Below are positions 30,089 through 39,640 of a stretch of DNA of 64,000 nucleotides, one piece after another. Each line of letters starts with the position of its first letter. Position 1 is the stretch's first letter. Made by a program: the position numbers and the translations under genes. The notes under the pieces are model-generated. The model saw nothing but the letters and a program-made list of their open reading frames with translations. It had not been told where the DNA came from and did no database searches. The DNA comes from an uncultured Bacilli bacterium (lineage in GTDB: Bacteria; Bacillota_I; Bacilli_A; RF39; UBA660): the NCBI GenBank assembly GCA_934095845.1, contig CAKOKS010000001.1, forward strand, positions 89,060 to 153,059, written 5' to 3'.

Positions 30089-31396
30089 ATGTTTGAATAC
30101 ATGGGAGATAGATTAAGTAATGCCATTAGAAATATTAAAGGTATGGGTAAGATTACTGAAGAAAATATTGGAGATGCAATAAGAGAAATAAGAACTGCAC
30201 TTTTAGAAGCTGATGTTAACTATGAAGTAGTAAAAGAATTTACTAAAAATGTCAAAGAAAAAGCTTTAGGAATGGAAGTATCTAAATCTTTAAAACCAGA
30301 AGAGTTATTTATAAAAATAGTTAAAGACGAATTAGTTTCTTTATTAGGTGGAGATTATGTTCCACTTGAAACTGAAAAAAATCCAACAGTTATAATGATG
30401 GTTGGTCTTCAAGGTAGTGGTAAAACTACTACTTCAGGTAAAATAGCAGCTTTAGTTAGAAAAAAACACAAGAAAAATCCTTTATTAGTCGCATGTGATA
30501 TCTATAGACCTGCAGCAATTGAGCAATTAAAAGAAATTGGAAAACAACTTAATATTCCAGTTTTTGAAGAAGGAACTAAACCAGTAAAAGAAATAGTGAA
30601 TGATGCTCTTAATTATGCAAAAGAAAACAAACATGATTTTATTATTTTAGATACAGCAGGTAGACTTCATATAGATGAATCCTTAATGGACGAATTAAAA
30701 ACTGTTGAAAATGAATTTAAACCAAATGAAATTCTTTTAGTAATTGATGCGATGATGGGTCAAGATGCAATAAATGTTATAAATGGATTTAATGATTCAC
30801 TTCATTTAACTGGTGCAATCTTAACTAAAATGGATGGGAACACTAAGGGTGGTGTTGCATTATCTGTAAGACATTTAACAAATATTCCAATTAAGTTTAT
30901 TGGTGATTCTGAAAAACTTGATGGATTAAGTGAATTTTATCCTGAAAGAATGGCTGAAAGAATTTTAGACATGGGTGATATTTTATCAATTGCTGAAAAA
31001 GTTGAAAATGTAGTTTCTGAAGATGAAGCAACTGATTTAGCAAAGAAAATGAAAAAAGGAGAATATACTTTAGAAGATTTCTTAACTAATATGAAACAAA
31101 TTAGAAAACTTGGACCTTTAGAAAATTTATTAAAAATGATACCAGGTGCAAGAAAAATGGGACTTAATAATATTAATATTGATCCAAAAGATATGGCTCA
31201 TGTAGAAGCAATAGTTTTATCAATGACTCCTTATGAAAGAAGACATCCAGAAGTTATAAAAAATTCTAGAAAGTTGCGTATTTCAAAAGGCTGCGGAAGA
31301 AGTGTTGAAGAAATTAATAGACTTTTAAAACAATTTGAAAGTATGAAAACTATGATGAAACAAATGAGTAATGGAAATATGAAACTACCTTTTTAG
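30089..31396 (+). CDS. ffh: signal recognition particle protein
   Basis: N domain, GTPase motifs GLQGSGKTT and DTAGR, and a Met-rich M domain. Confidence 0.9.
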   Translation: MFEYMGDRLSNAIRNIKGMGKITEENIGDAIREIRTALLEADVNYEVVKEFTKNVKEKALGMEVSKSLKPEELFIKIVKDELVSLLGGDYVPLETEKNPTVIMMVGLQGSGKTTTSGKIAALVRKKHKKNPLLVACDIYRPAAIEQLKEIGKQLNIPVFEEGTKPVKEIVNDALNYAKENKHDFIILDTAGRLHIDESLMDELKTVENEFKPNEILLVIDAMMGQDAINVINGFNDSLHLTGAILTKMDGNTKGGVALSVRHLTNIPIKFIGDSEKLDGLSEFYPERMAERILDMGDILSIAEKVENVVSEDEATDLAKKMKKGEYTLEDFLTNMKQIRKLGPLENLLKMIPGARKMGLNNINIDPKDMAHVEAIVLSMTPYERRHPEVIKNSRKLRISKGCGRSVEEINRLLKQFESMKTMMKQMSNGNMKLPF

Positions 31397-31406
31397 GTAG
31401 TTTTTT
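31385..31406 (+). terminator. rho-independent terminator of ffh
   Basis: Hairpin ctacct-tttt-aggtag followed by a T-run. Confidence 0.55.
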
Positions 31407-31414
31407 AGTTTTAA

Positions 31415-31480
31415 AATCAGCAATTAACCGAACAAAAATCATCAATTAACCGAAAAATAATCAGCAATTAACCGAAAATC
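31415..31480. repeat. three tandem 22-bp direct repeats (aatcaKcaattaaccgaaMaaa)
   Basis: Direct reading: 31415-31436, 31437-31458 and 31459-31480 share the core caattaaccgaa. Confidence 0.6.
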
Positions 31481-31533
31481 TTTGATATTTTCAAATTAAA
31501 TGTGTATAACTAAGTTAATAAGAAGGTATTTTT

Positions 31534-31698
31534 TTGAAAAATTGCAAAAGGAAAATTCAAGATAAAATACTCGAAAAAAAGCTAAAAGGAAAAGGATACT
31601 ATATTAATCGAAGAACCAAAATGGTGTGGAAAAACTACAACAGCAGAGCAAATATTTAAAAGCGTTTTGTATATGGCAAAAAAGGATTTGAAAAATTA
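31534..31698 (+). pseudogene. frameshifted 5' remnant of an AAA-family ATPase (DUF4143-type)
   Basis: Frame 1 reads (M)KNCKRKIQDKILEKKLKGKG. After a +1 shift it reads ILIEEPKWCGKTTTAEQIFKSVLYM (Walker-A-like GKTT), then a stop. Only about 55 aa of a protein normally about 400 aa remain. Confidence 0.5.
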
Positions 31699-31811
31699 AA
31701 AGAGCTATGTGAAAAGTCACATAGTTTTAAATTGCACAAAAAATGTATCTTTTAACTTGCAAAAATCAGTGTAAAATAATTTGTAAAATCGCAAATTTTC
31801 AACAAGAAAAT

Positions 31812-31840
31812 TTGACAATCGGGGGGGGTATTATATACTA
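31812..31840 (+). promoter_or_regulatory. putative sigma-A promoter with G8 homopolymer in the spacer
   Basis: -35 TTGACA at 31812-31817. G8 at 31821-31828. Candidate -10 tatact at 31834-31839 (16-nt spacer). RBS AGAGGAG at 31856-31862, ATG at 31872. Confidence 0.45.
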
Positions 31841-31871
31841 AAAATGTAAAAAAATAGAGGAGTTGTGAACA

Positions 31872-33395
31872 ATGAAAAAGAAAGCAAGTATAGTAATAGC
31901 TGTACTATTATTGGCGGTAGGATTTGCTGCCGTATCGACAACATTGATAATAAACGGAAGTGTGAATATCGGAGAAAATACAGATGACTTTTCTGTAATC
32001 TTTACAAAGGCAACATTAGATGGAACTGATGTATATGCAAATGTAATAGATGATACAAAAAAGATAATTACATTTGAAACAAGTGATTTAAAGACTTTAA
32101 ATCAAACATCAGTATTAAATTATGAAGTAACAAATAATTCAAGTAATTATGATGCTGAAGTGCAAGTAAATTGTAAAACAAAAGAAAATACAACAGCAAA
32201 ATATACAAGTATCAAAAATGAATTAGAAGGAAATGCAACAGTTATAAAAGCAAAAGAAACATTAAATGGAACATTAACAGTAACATTAAACAAGACTGCA
32301 ACTGAGGAAGTAAGAGAAGAGTATATATGTGAACTAACATTTAATGCTGTAGAAAGAGATACAATTGCAGCAAGTGAACCAACTTTATATGATTTAATAA
32401 AGTCTAAAGCAGATACAACAACAGTAATAAATTATAAAGTGCGTTCTGGAGTAAGTGGAACAAATGGAATATATACAACTACTGCAACTAATGGAAACGT
32501 TCCAGTATATTACTATAGAGGAGATGCAGATAAAGTAAATAACAATATAATATTTAATAATATGTGTTGGAAGATAATAAGAACAACAGAAACAGGTGGA
32601 ATAAAGTTAATTTATAATGGAACACCAACAGATGGAAAATGTGAAACTCAAACAGGTGAAAACACTCAAATAGGAACAAACGTATATAATGCTATTTCAA
32701 ATGATAATACATATGTTGGGTATATGTATGGAACAGCAGGAAGTACAACGTATGAAGCAACACATGAAAACAAGAATGAATCAACAATAAAAGCGTATAT
32801 AGATAATTGGTATGGTCAAAATTTTGATGAAACTGCAACAAATAAATTAGAAGATACATTATTTTGTAATGATAGAAGTACAAAAGCATATGATGCAAAT
32901 ACAATAGGAGATACAAAAATGTCATCCTATGGAGCATTAGGATATGGCAAAAATGCAACATTTTATGGAACAGCACATCGAGCATCATATTATTCCAATA
33001 ATCCAAATCCAAGTTTAGTATGTATTCAAAATAACGATAAATTTACAGTGGATAGTAAAAATGGAAACGGAAAACTTAAATATCCGATAGGACTAATAAC
33101 ATTAGATGAAGTAGTACTTGCCGGATTTAATACAAAGTATTCCAATGCAAGTAATTATAAAGATACAACGAATTATTTGTATACAAATAAAGATTATTGG
33201 ACATTTTCTCCTGTTGAGATGGGGTATTATGGTGATGCTTATGTTTTTGTTGGTTTTGTCGATAGTACTGGTCTTGTGAGTGCTGGCTCTGTGGGCTATG
33301 CTCGTGGTGTCCGTCCTGTAGTTTCGCTTGCAGATAGCACACTTGTAAATGCTAATGGAGAAGGAACAAGTACAAATCCATATGTTGTAAAATAA
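31872..33395 (+). CDS. secreted protein with signal-anchor N-terminus and divergent FGE/DUF1566-like C-terminal domain; paralog of 4229-5632
   Basis: N-terminus MKKKASIVIAVLLLAVGFAAVS. C-terminal YPIGLITLDEVVLAG, YWTFSP and GVRPVV parallel the FGE motifs. The 3' end has a raised GC codon bias. Confidence 0.6.
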   Translation: MKKKASIVIAVLLLAVGFAAVSTTLIINGSVNIGENTDDFSVIFTKATLDGTDVYANVIDDTKKIITFETSDLKTLNQTSVLNYEVTNNSSNYDAEVQVNCKTKENTTAKYTSIKNELEGNATVIKAKETLNGTLTVTLNKTATEEVREEYICELTFNAVERDTIAASEPTLYDLIKSKADTTTVINYKVRSGVSGTNGIYTTTATNGNVPVYYYRGDADKVNNNIIFNNMCWKIIRTTETGGIKLIYNGTPTDGKCETQTGENTQIGTNVYNAISNDNTYVGYMYGTAGSTTYEATHENKNESTIKAYIDNWYGQNFDETATNKLEDTLFCNDRSTKAYDANTIGDTKMSSYGALGYGKNATFYGTAHRASYYSNNPNPSLVCIQNNDKFTVDSKNGNGKLKYPIGLITLDEVVLAGFNTKYSNASNYKDTTNYLYTNKDYWTFSPVEMGYYGDAYVFVGFVDSTGLVSAGSVGYARGVRPVVSLADSTLVNANGEGTSTNPYVVK

Positions 33396-33414
33396 GTAAA
33401 AAAATATCAAAAAA

Positions 33415-33439
33415 TTAACATATTTTTTGAATATGTTAA
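33415..33439 (-). terminator. AT-rich hairpin terminator for ger operon (minus strand)
   Basis: 10-bp arms ttaacatatt / aatatgttaa with a 5-nt loop, followed on the minus strand by a T-run. Confidence 0.4.
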
Positions 33440-33492
33440 GAAAATTGAAAAATTTTAACATATTTTCTAATGAACAAATTTTAAAAATAATT

Positions 33493-33519
33493 AAAGCCAC
33501 TTTATTCGTGGCTTTTTTT
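33493..33519 (+). terminator. rho-independent terminator of the 31872 gene
   Basis: Hairpin aaagccac-tttattc-gtggcttt followed by TTTT. It overlaps the gerAB stop. Confidence 0.6.
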
Positions 33520-34452
33520 CTTGTAATTATAATTAAAAATTATGAATATTAATGCTGTTATACCTAATATAAATGGTTCATATTTATACATTGTAATCAT
33601 CGCTACATAATATTTATTTACAAGGCTTGCTAGTATAAATAAAACTGGTACTATGAAATTTATTATTTTTTTATTATTTAAACAATTCTTTATATTATTT
33701 GTTAAATAAAGTAAACTTATTATAATATTAAATAACCATATGAATGACACAAAGTTTTCTATATTTTGAATGAAACCTCCAATTGATATTTTCTTCAATA
33801 ATACATATTCTGGATATCTAATGGATTCAACAAGTGGATATGAAAATATTCCATAAATCATTACACAATCTATTATTAAAAATATAGTTGCCATTGTATA
33901 TGTTTTAAGAATACTTTTATCTTTTTTTTGATTTTCTTTAGTCATAAGTACAATTGAAGTTGATAGAATTGTATAGTTTAATCCTGAAGTTAAAATGTTT
34001 ATTGATTTGGTATTTGAATAAACAAAATTTGATATATCAAAGTAGGGAAGTAAGCAAAATAAAGCAAAAAGATATAAACATATATTTATAATTAATATAA
34101 TATTACTTACTCTATATAAAACTATTTCTTTTTTATTTAAAACATAGAGCATTAAAAGAAGAAGAGGAATACTAATCATTGATTTACTCATTAAATTTAA
34201 ATACATAGTTGATGCCATATTTATTAGAATAACTAAAGCATAAACTGATATAATTGAATAAAGTATGATGTTAAATATATTATTTTTTTTCTTTATATCT
34301 AAAAAATATAAAAGAATCATGCCTAAAATATAACCTATTAAAATAGAGAATAGAAAATTTTCTTTAGAAGAAATAAGTATTTTTGAAAAACCAATTGCTA
34401 GAAATAAACCTTGCATATTAAAAAAGTTAATAATGTTCCATTCTTTTTTCAT
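33502..34452 (-). CDS. gerAB: spore germination protein, GerAB-type permease subunit
   Basis: Polytopic membrane protein, last gene of an A-C-B receptor operon. Start overlaps the gerAC stop. Confidence 0.65.
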   Translation of the reverse strand: MKKEWNIINFFNMQGLFLAIGFSKILISSKENFLFSILIGYILGMILLYFLDIKKKNNIFNIILYSIISVYALVILINMASTMYLNLMSKSMISIPLLLLMLYVLNKKEIVLYRVSNIILIINICLYLFALFCLLPYFDISNFVYSNTKSINILTSGLNYTILSTSIVLMTKENQKKDKSILKTYTMATIFLIIDCVMIYGIFSYPLVESIRYPEYVLLKKISIGGFIQNIENFVSFIWLFNIIISLLYLTNNIKNCLNNKKIINFIVPVLFILASLVNKYYVAMITMYKYEPFILGITALIFIIFNYNYKKKSHE

Positions 34453-35414
34453 TTTATTAAAAGTCCTTTCTTATTTATATGAGTGTTTACTTCAATAGAA
34501 AAATCATAATCGTAAAAGTGTTTATCTAAATTATGATACTTATTTAATAACATATTATTAATTCCTAAAACATCACTTTGGTATTCTTTTAGTTTAGTCA
34601 TTAATGAATAAATATTATTTTCTATTTCTTTATTATATCTTTCTTGTATTTTTTGTACATCTTTTATATTATTTGCTTCTTCTCCTGTAGTAATTTGTTT
34701 AACTGTTGTTTCTAAATCTAAACTTATCTTTATTTTATTTTTTATATCAATTTTTTTATCTATTTTATTTATGCTTAATTCAATATAATTATCTTTACCA
34801 TTTTTTATATAAATTTCATCATAACCAAATATTAGTTTTAAAGTATTAAGTTCATTATTATTTAAAGTACCAACAAATCTATTATCTTTATATAAGTTTA
34901 ATTTACTTACTTTTAAATTTTCATCTAATATTGGTAAAACAAAATCAGTATTTTTATCTTTTAATTTTTTTACAGTTTCAAAGAAATTATCTTTATAAAC
35001 TCTTTCTAATATGTTTTTTAAAGTTTCACCCATGTTTTTTTCTTGATCATAAATATCTGTTTTTTCAGTTATACATAAGTAAAAAGTATTATTAGTTTCA
35101 GGGCTTCTTAAAAAGTAATTTAAAGTTGTTTCAATTGGCGTATTGTTCGTTAAAATGACAGCGTTTAAATGAGCATAATAAAGATATTTACTTGAACCTA
35201 TTAAAGCATTATTAAAAGCATTTGTTAAAGTAGAACCTGTACCAGTATAGGTTTTAAAGTTTTCCTCATCTATTACTTCTAATGTTGTGTAATATAAATT
35301 ATCTTTATAATCAATTAATATTGAAGAAACTATTCCAAGTTCATTTAATTCATGATAGTTTGCACATCCTGTTAAGAAAAATAAACTTATAAGTATTAAA
35401 AATAATTTTTTCAT
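34449..35414 (-). CDS. gerAC: spore germination lipoprotein, Ger(x)C family
   Basis: Lipobox LTGC followed by ANYHELNELGIVSSILID, typical of GerAC-family N-termini. Confidence 0.75.
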   Translation of the reverse strand: MKKLFLILISLFFLTGCANYHELNELGIVSSILIDYKDNLYYTTLEVIDEENFKTYTGTGSTLTNAFNNALIGSSKYLYYAHLNAVILTNNTPIETTLNYFLRSPETNNTFYLCITEKTDIYDQEKNMGETLKNILERVYKDNFFETVKKLKDKNTDFVLPILDENLKVSKLNLYKDNRFVGTLNNNELNTLKLIFGYDEIYIKNGKDNYIELSINKIDKKIDIKNKIKISLDLETTVKQITTGEEANNIKDVQKIQERYNKEIENNIYSLMTKLKEYQSDVLGINNMLLNKYHNLDKHFYDYDFSIEVNTHINKKGLLIK

Positions 35415-36790
35415 GGAGCCTCCTTATATCTATTTTTACTTAGTAATTTACTTCTTTTTTTTGTTTTCATTTTAAATAAGGTTTGTTTTATATAAGTAAA
35501 ATCAAATGGAGATAAAGGATAAAAATATGGTTTATTAAATACTTCATAACTGGTAAGTGAAGTAAATAATGCGATTATAGCGATTCCTATACCAAATAAA
35601 CCATAAATAGAAGCAATAAATAAAAAGAAAAATCTCCAATGTCTTATGGAATTAATTACCTCTAAATCAGTAAATATTAAACTTGATATGAATGTTATAG
35701 CAACAATTATTATCATTATAGGTGAAACTATACCGGCGGAAACAGCTGCTTCTCCTAAAACAAGAGCGCCTAAAATAGAAGTTGCTGAACCATAATTTGA
35801 TGGAAACCTTATATCACTTTCTCTTAATATTTCACATATTATTAAAGTAACGATACATTCAACTACGGCAGGGAAAGGTACTTTACTTCTTTGTTCTTGA
35901 AAGTTAATTAATATAGTTGTTGGTATAGTTTCTTGATTATAAGTTGTAATTGCAATATATATTGCTGGTGTTAGGATAGCTAAAAAGAAACAAAAAAATC
36001 TTAAAACTTTTATAAAATTAATATTTATGGCTTTTTCATAATGATCGGCAATTGGGTTAATAAAATCGGCTAAGAATGATGGAACGATTAAGGCGTCACT
36101 TGAATTATCTAAAATAATTACTATTTTTCCTTCTAAAAGGGCAGAAGCTACTACATCAGGTCGTTCAGTTAATTTAAATGCCGGGAATGGATTAGTTGAT
36201 TTATCACCTAAGTATTTTTTTAATTGGTTAATGTCATTTACTCCATCACGATCAATACTTTCTAATTTTTTTATTACGTTTTCAAATATTTCTTTTTCAG
36301 CAATTGAATCAATATATAAAACACTTGCCATATTTTTAGTATATCTTCCAATATAAATATCTTTGTTTTTTAGGTCTTTAGATTTTATTCTTCTTTTAAT
36401 TAATCCTAAATTAACTTGATAATTTTCTATAAATGATTCTTTTGGTCCATATATTGTTCCTTCAGTATTAGGAGTAGATATACTTCTTGATAAGTTACCC
36501 CTAGTTTCAACTGCTATTACTTGATGTCGGTTGATTATTATAGTAAAACCAGATTCAAGATATAAACTTAATGTGTCATAGTCAGATACATCTTTTATAT
36601 TCGGACTTGGAATAAGTTCTTTTATATTTCTTGGAATATGACTTTTAGGAATTATTTTTAAAATATAATCATTTATTTTATCTTGATCAATAATAGATTC
36701 TAAATAAATAATATAGATATTTTTTATTTTTTTTATGTTTAAATCTGTAATGTTTTCATAATCAGTTTTTATTTTTTTTAAATAATCCAT
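35411..36790 (-). CDS. gerAA: spore germination protein, GerAA-type subunit
   Basis: GerA-family soluble N-domain (STPNTEGTIYGPKESFIENYQVNLGLIKRRI) with C-terminal TM helices. Confidence 0.8.
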   Translation of the reverse strand: MDYLKKIKTDYENITDLNIKKIKNIYIIYLESIIDQDKINDYILKIIPKSHIPRNIKELIPSPNIKDVSDYDTLSLYLESGFTIIINRHQVIAVETRGNLSRSISTPNTEGTIYGPKESFIENYQVNLGLIKRRIKSKDLKNKDIYIGRYTKNMASVLYIDSIAEKEIFENVIKKLESIDRDGVNDINQLKKYLGDKSTNPFPAFKLTERPDVVASALLEGKIVIILDNSSDALIVPSFLADFINPIADHYEKAININFIKVLRFFCFFLAILTPAIYIAITTYNQETIPTTILINFQEQRSKVPFPAVVECIVTLIICEILRESDIRFPSNYGSATSILGALVLGEAAVSAGIVSPIMIIIVAITFISSLIFTDLEVINSIRHWRFFFLFIASIYGLFGIGIAIIALFTSLTSYEVFNKPYFYPLSPFDFTYIKQTLFKMKTKKRSKLLSKNRYKEAP

Positions 36791-36883
36791 ATTATCACCG
36801 TTTTTAGTTTAACCAAAAATGAAAATTATATGTTCTTTTATATCAAAATAATATATAATATTTTTTTAAAGGAGTAAAAGCTT

Positions 36884-38314
36884 ATGAAATTTTACTATCA
36901 ACTAATGTGTGCTTTAATAAAAAAGTTTGTTTTTAGAAAATCTACTGGTGAAGTTGTTCTTAATTTTGCGACAAATATGGGTATAGTTTATATAAAACTT
37001 GCTCAGATACTTTCAACTCACGAATTTCAAAATTATTTTAATGAAGAAGATAGAAAAACTTTATCAAGTATATGTGATAATATATCTCCAGTTGAATTTA
37101 GTCTGATAGAAAAAACTTTAATTGATAATTATGGAGAAAATTACAAAGATTTATTTCTATCTATTGATGAAACGCCAATTGGATCAGCTTCTATTTCTCA
37201 AGTATATAAAGCTGTTTTAAAAAGCGGAAAAGAAGTTGTTATTAAAGTAAAAAGAAAAGATATTGAAAAAAATATAGAAAAACAAATTGAAGAATTAAAA
37301 AAATTGATGCATAAGTTTGGGAAATTTATTAAATTTCAAAATTTTTTTGGAGGAGAACATGCATTGAATTTATATTTAAAATGGATAAGTGAAGAAACAG
37401 ATTTTGAAAGAGAAATAGAAAATATAAAACTATATAGAAATTTTGCTCAAAAAGTCAATGGAACTGTTAATGATACAACCAATATTTATATTCCAAATGT
37501 TTATGAAAAATTATCTTCTAAAGATATAATAATTATGGATTATGTTAATTATAAAACTGTTAATAATATTCCTTTAACTGATGAAAATAAAAAATTAATA
37601 AAAAAAGCAATTAATAGTTATTTGAAATTAAGTTTTAATTCTCTTTTAGAAAATGATTCTGTTATATTTCATGGTGATCCTCACAGTGGTAACATTTGTG
37701 TTGATTCTGTAGGTAATATATATTTTTTAGACATGGGTTTATTGTTTGTTTTAGGCAAAAAAGAAATTGAATTTTGTAAAAAATTTTTCTTTGCTGCTTA
37801 TACTGGTGATTATGAAAAAATATTTGATATAGTAAATAATTGTGGAAGATTAGATAGTAAGCAACAATATGAATTAAAAGAAGATTGTAAAAACTATTGT
37901 GAAACTATTAAAAATAAAGAAATTACAAATTACTTTATGGATATGGTTATGGTTTTTACGAAATATGAATTAGATCCACCAGAATTTTTGTTTAACATGG
38001 CTAAAGCTTTTGTATGCTTAAATGGAGTAGGTAAATTTACTCAAAACTATGTAAGTTGTAATTCATTATTAAAAGAAATTTTATTAGAATATATTTTAAA
38101 AGAACAAATAAAAAGCACGATTAATGTATCGGTTTCAGCTTTAAAAATTTTTCCGAAAATTATTTTAGGAATAAAAAGATATAATCTAAATAATTTTATA
38201 TTTAAAGATGAGAAGTGTTCAGAGTTTATAGAAGACATTTCAGAATTTATTTCTGTCACAGATCAAAATATTAATATACTCAAGAAAACTCTAAAGGATT
38301 ATAGCAAAAAATAA
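36884..38314 (+). CDS. ABC1/UbiB-family atypical protein kinase
   Basis: Motifs ISQVYKAVLKSGKEVVIKVKR and HGDPHSGNI...DMG. Confidence 0.7.
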   Translation: MKFYYQLMCALIKKFVFRKSTGEVVLNFATNMGIVYIKLAQILSTHEFQNYFNEEDRKTLSSICDNISPVEFSLIEKTLIDNYGENYKDLFLSIDETPIGSASISQVYKAVLKSGKEVVIKVKRKDIEKNIEKQIEELKKLMHKFGKFIKFQNFFGGEHALNLYLKWISEETDFEREIENIKLYRNFAQKVNGTVNDTTNIYIPNVYEKLSSKDIIIMDYVNYKTVNNIPLTDENKKLIKKAINSYLKLSFNSLLENDSVIFHGDPHSGNICVDSVGNIYFLDMGLLFVLGKKEIEFCKKFFFAAYTGDYEKIFDIVNNCGRLDSKQQYELKEDCKNYCETIKNKEITNYFMDMVMVFTKYELDPPEFLFNMAKAFVCLNGVGKFTQNYVSCNSLLKEILLEYILKEQIKSTINVSVSALKIFPKIILGIKRYNLNNFIFKDEKCSEFIEDISEFISVTDQNINILKKTLKDYSKK

Positions 38315-38368
38315 TAACTTTTATTTACAAAAAGTTAAATATTCTTTATAATTGATATAGGTGATACT

Positions 38369-39583
38369 ATGAAAAAATTATTGGACAATAAAGTAGTACA
38401 AATTGGTGTAACTGCATTTTTAGTTATAGCAGCTGGAATATTATTTTCATTTATAATTTATAATATGAGTGCTATTTTTAAATTTTTAGGTAAAATTTTA
38501 TCAATAATGATGCCTTTAATTTATGGACTTGTTCTTGCATATATAATGCATCCAATTGTAAATTTATTTGAAAGAAAAGTTTTCAATAAAATTGAAAAAG
38601 AAAAAACAAAGAGAAATTTAAGTATATTATGTACTTTTGTTGTTATAATTGGTTTATTAGTTGCTTTAATAAGTATAATTATTCCTCAATTATTAACAAG
38701 TATTCAATCTCTTCTAGTTAATGTACCTGATTACTTAAAAGATTTAGAAAGTGCAATAACTAATTGGCTTTCAAATAATAAAGAGTTGTCTGCTGATGTT
38801 TTAGAAAAATATGATGAGATATCAAAATCTTTAATAAATGCAATAAATACAGTAATATCTCCACTTACACAATCTGCTTTAGATAAGGTTAGAAGTGGAG
38901 TATTTGGGTTCTTAACATTTATATTTAACTTTGCTATAGGTGCTGTATTTGCTGTTTATATTTTAGCTAATACTAAAAATTTTGGAGCAGGTATAAGAAA
39001 GACTTTATATTCTTTCTTTGATATAAAACCTGTAGATGCGTTTATTGATGAAGTTAAACATGTTAATCATGTGTTCTGTCAATTTATGATAGGTAAGATA
39101 TGTGATTCATTTGGATTCGTATTTACTTGTACACTTTTATTCTTACTTATTTGTAAATATCCATATGCACTTTTAATAGCTACTTTAGTGGGGTTAACTG
39201 ATTTAATTCCATATTTTGGACCATATATTGGAACTATTCCATCAGCTCTTCTGATATGTATGATTTCTCCAGTTAAAGCAATAACATTTGTGTTATTTAT
39301 AGTTGTCTTACAACAAATTGATGGTAACTTTGTTACTCCTGCTATACAAAAACAAGCAACTGGACTTCCATCTTTCTGGGTATTATTTGCAATTACTTTA
39401 TTTGGAGGATTATTTGGGCTAGTTGGACTTTTAATAGCAGTTCCATGTTTTACAATCATATATGAGCTTATTGTTGATCTTGTAAATCAAAGATTAAAAA
39501 CAAAAAAATTACCAACAAATACAGATGCTTATACATTAGACAAGATTGTAAAACCTAAAACATTGAAAAAAGATAATAGTTAA
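38369..39583 (+). CDS. AI-2E family transporter (PerM/YtvI-like)
   Basis: 8-TM protein with DLIPYFGPYIGTIPSAL motif. Confidence 0.75.
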   Translation: MKKLLDNKVVQIGVTAFLVIAAGILFSFIIYNMSAIFKFLGKILSIMMPLIYGLVLAYIMHPIVNLFERKVFNKIEKEKTKRNLSILCTFVVIIGLLVALISIIIPQLLTSIQSLLVNVPDYLKDLESAITNWLSNNKELSADVLEKYDEISKSLINAINTVISPLTQSALDKVRSGVFGFLTFIFNFAIGAVFAVYILANTKNFGAGIRKTLYSFFDIKPVDAFIDEVKHVNHVFCQFMIGKICDSFGFVFTCTLLFLLICKYPYALLIATLVGLTDLIPYFGPYIGTIPSALLICMISPVKAITFVLFIVVLQQIDGNFVTPAIQKQATGLPSFWVLFAITLFGGLFGLVGLLIAVPCFTIIYELIVDLVNQRLKTKKLPTNTDAYTLDKIVKPKTLKKDNS

Positions 39584-39640
39584 TTCTATTATTTTTTTGT
39601 GTTTTTTGATATAATTTTTATATGATATAGAAGGTGAAGC

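Noticed and set aside
31415-31480. Possible CRISPR array.
   Set aside because: There are only three 22-bp units with no intervening unique spacers, and no cas genes.
31701-31714. tgtgaaaagtcaca as a CRP/FNR site.
   Set aside because: The half-sites TGTGA/TCACA are separated by 4 nt, not the required 6, so this is more likely chance.
33451-33467. A third ttaacatatt half-site as a separate regulator-binding array.
   Set aside because: It is more simply explained as part of the AT-rich convergent terminator region. There is no gene start nearby to regulate.
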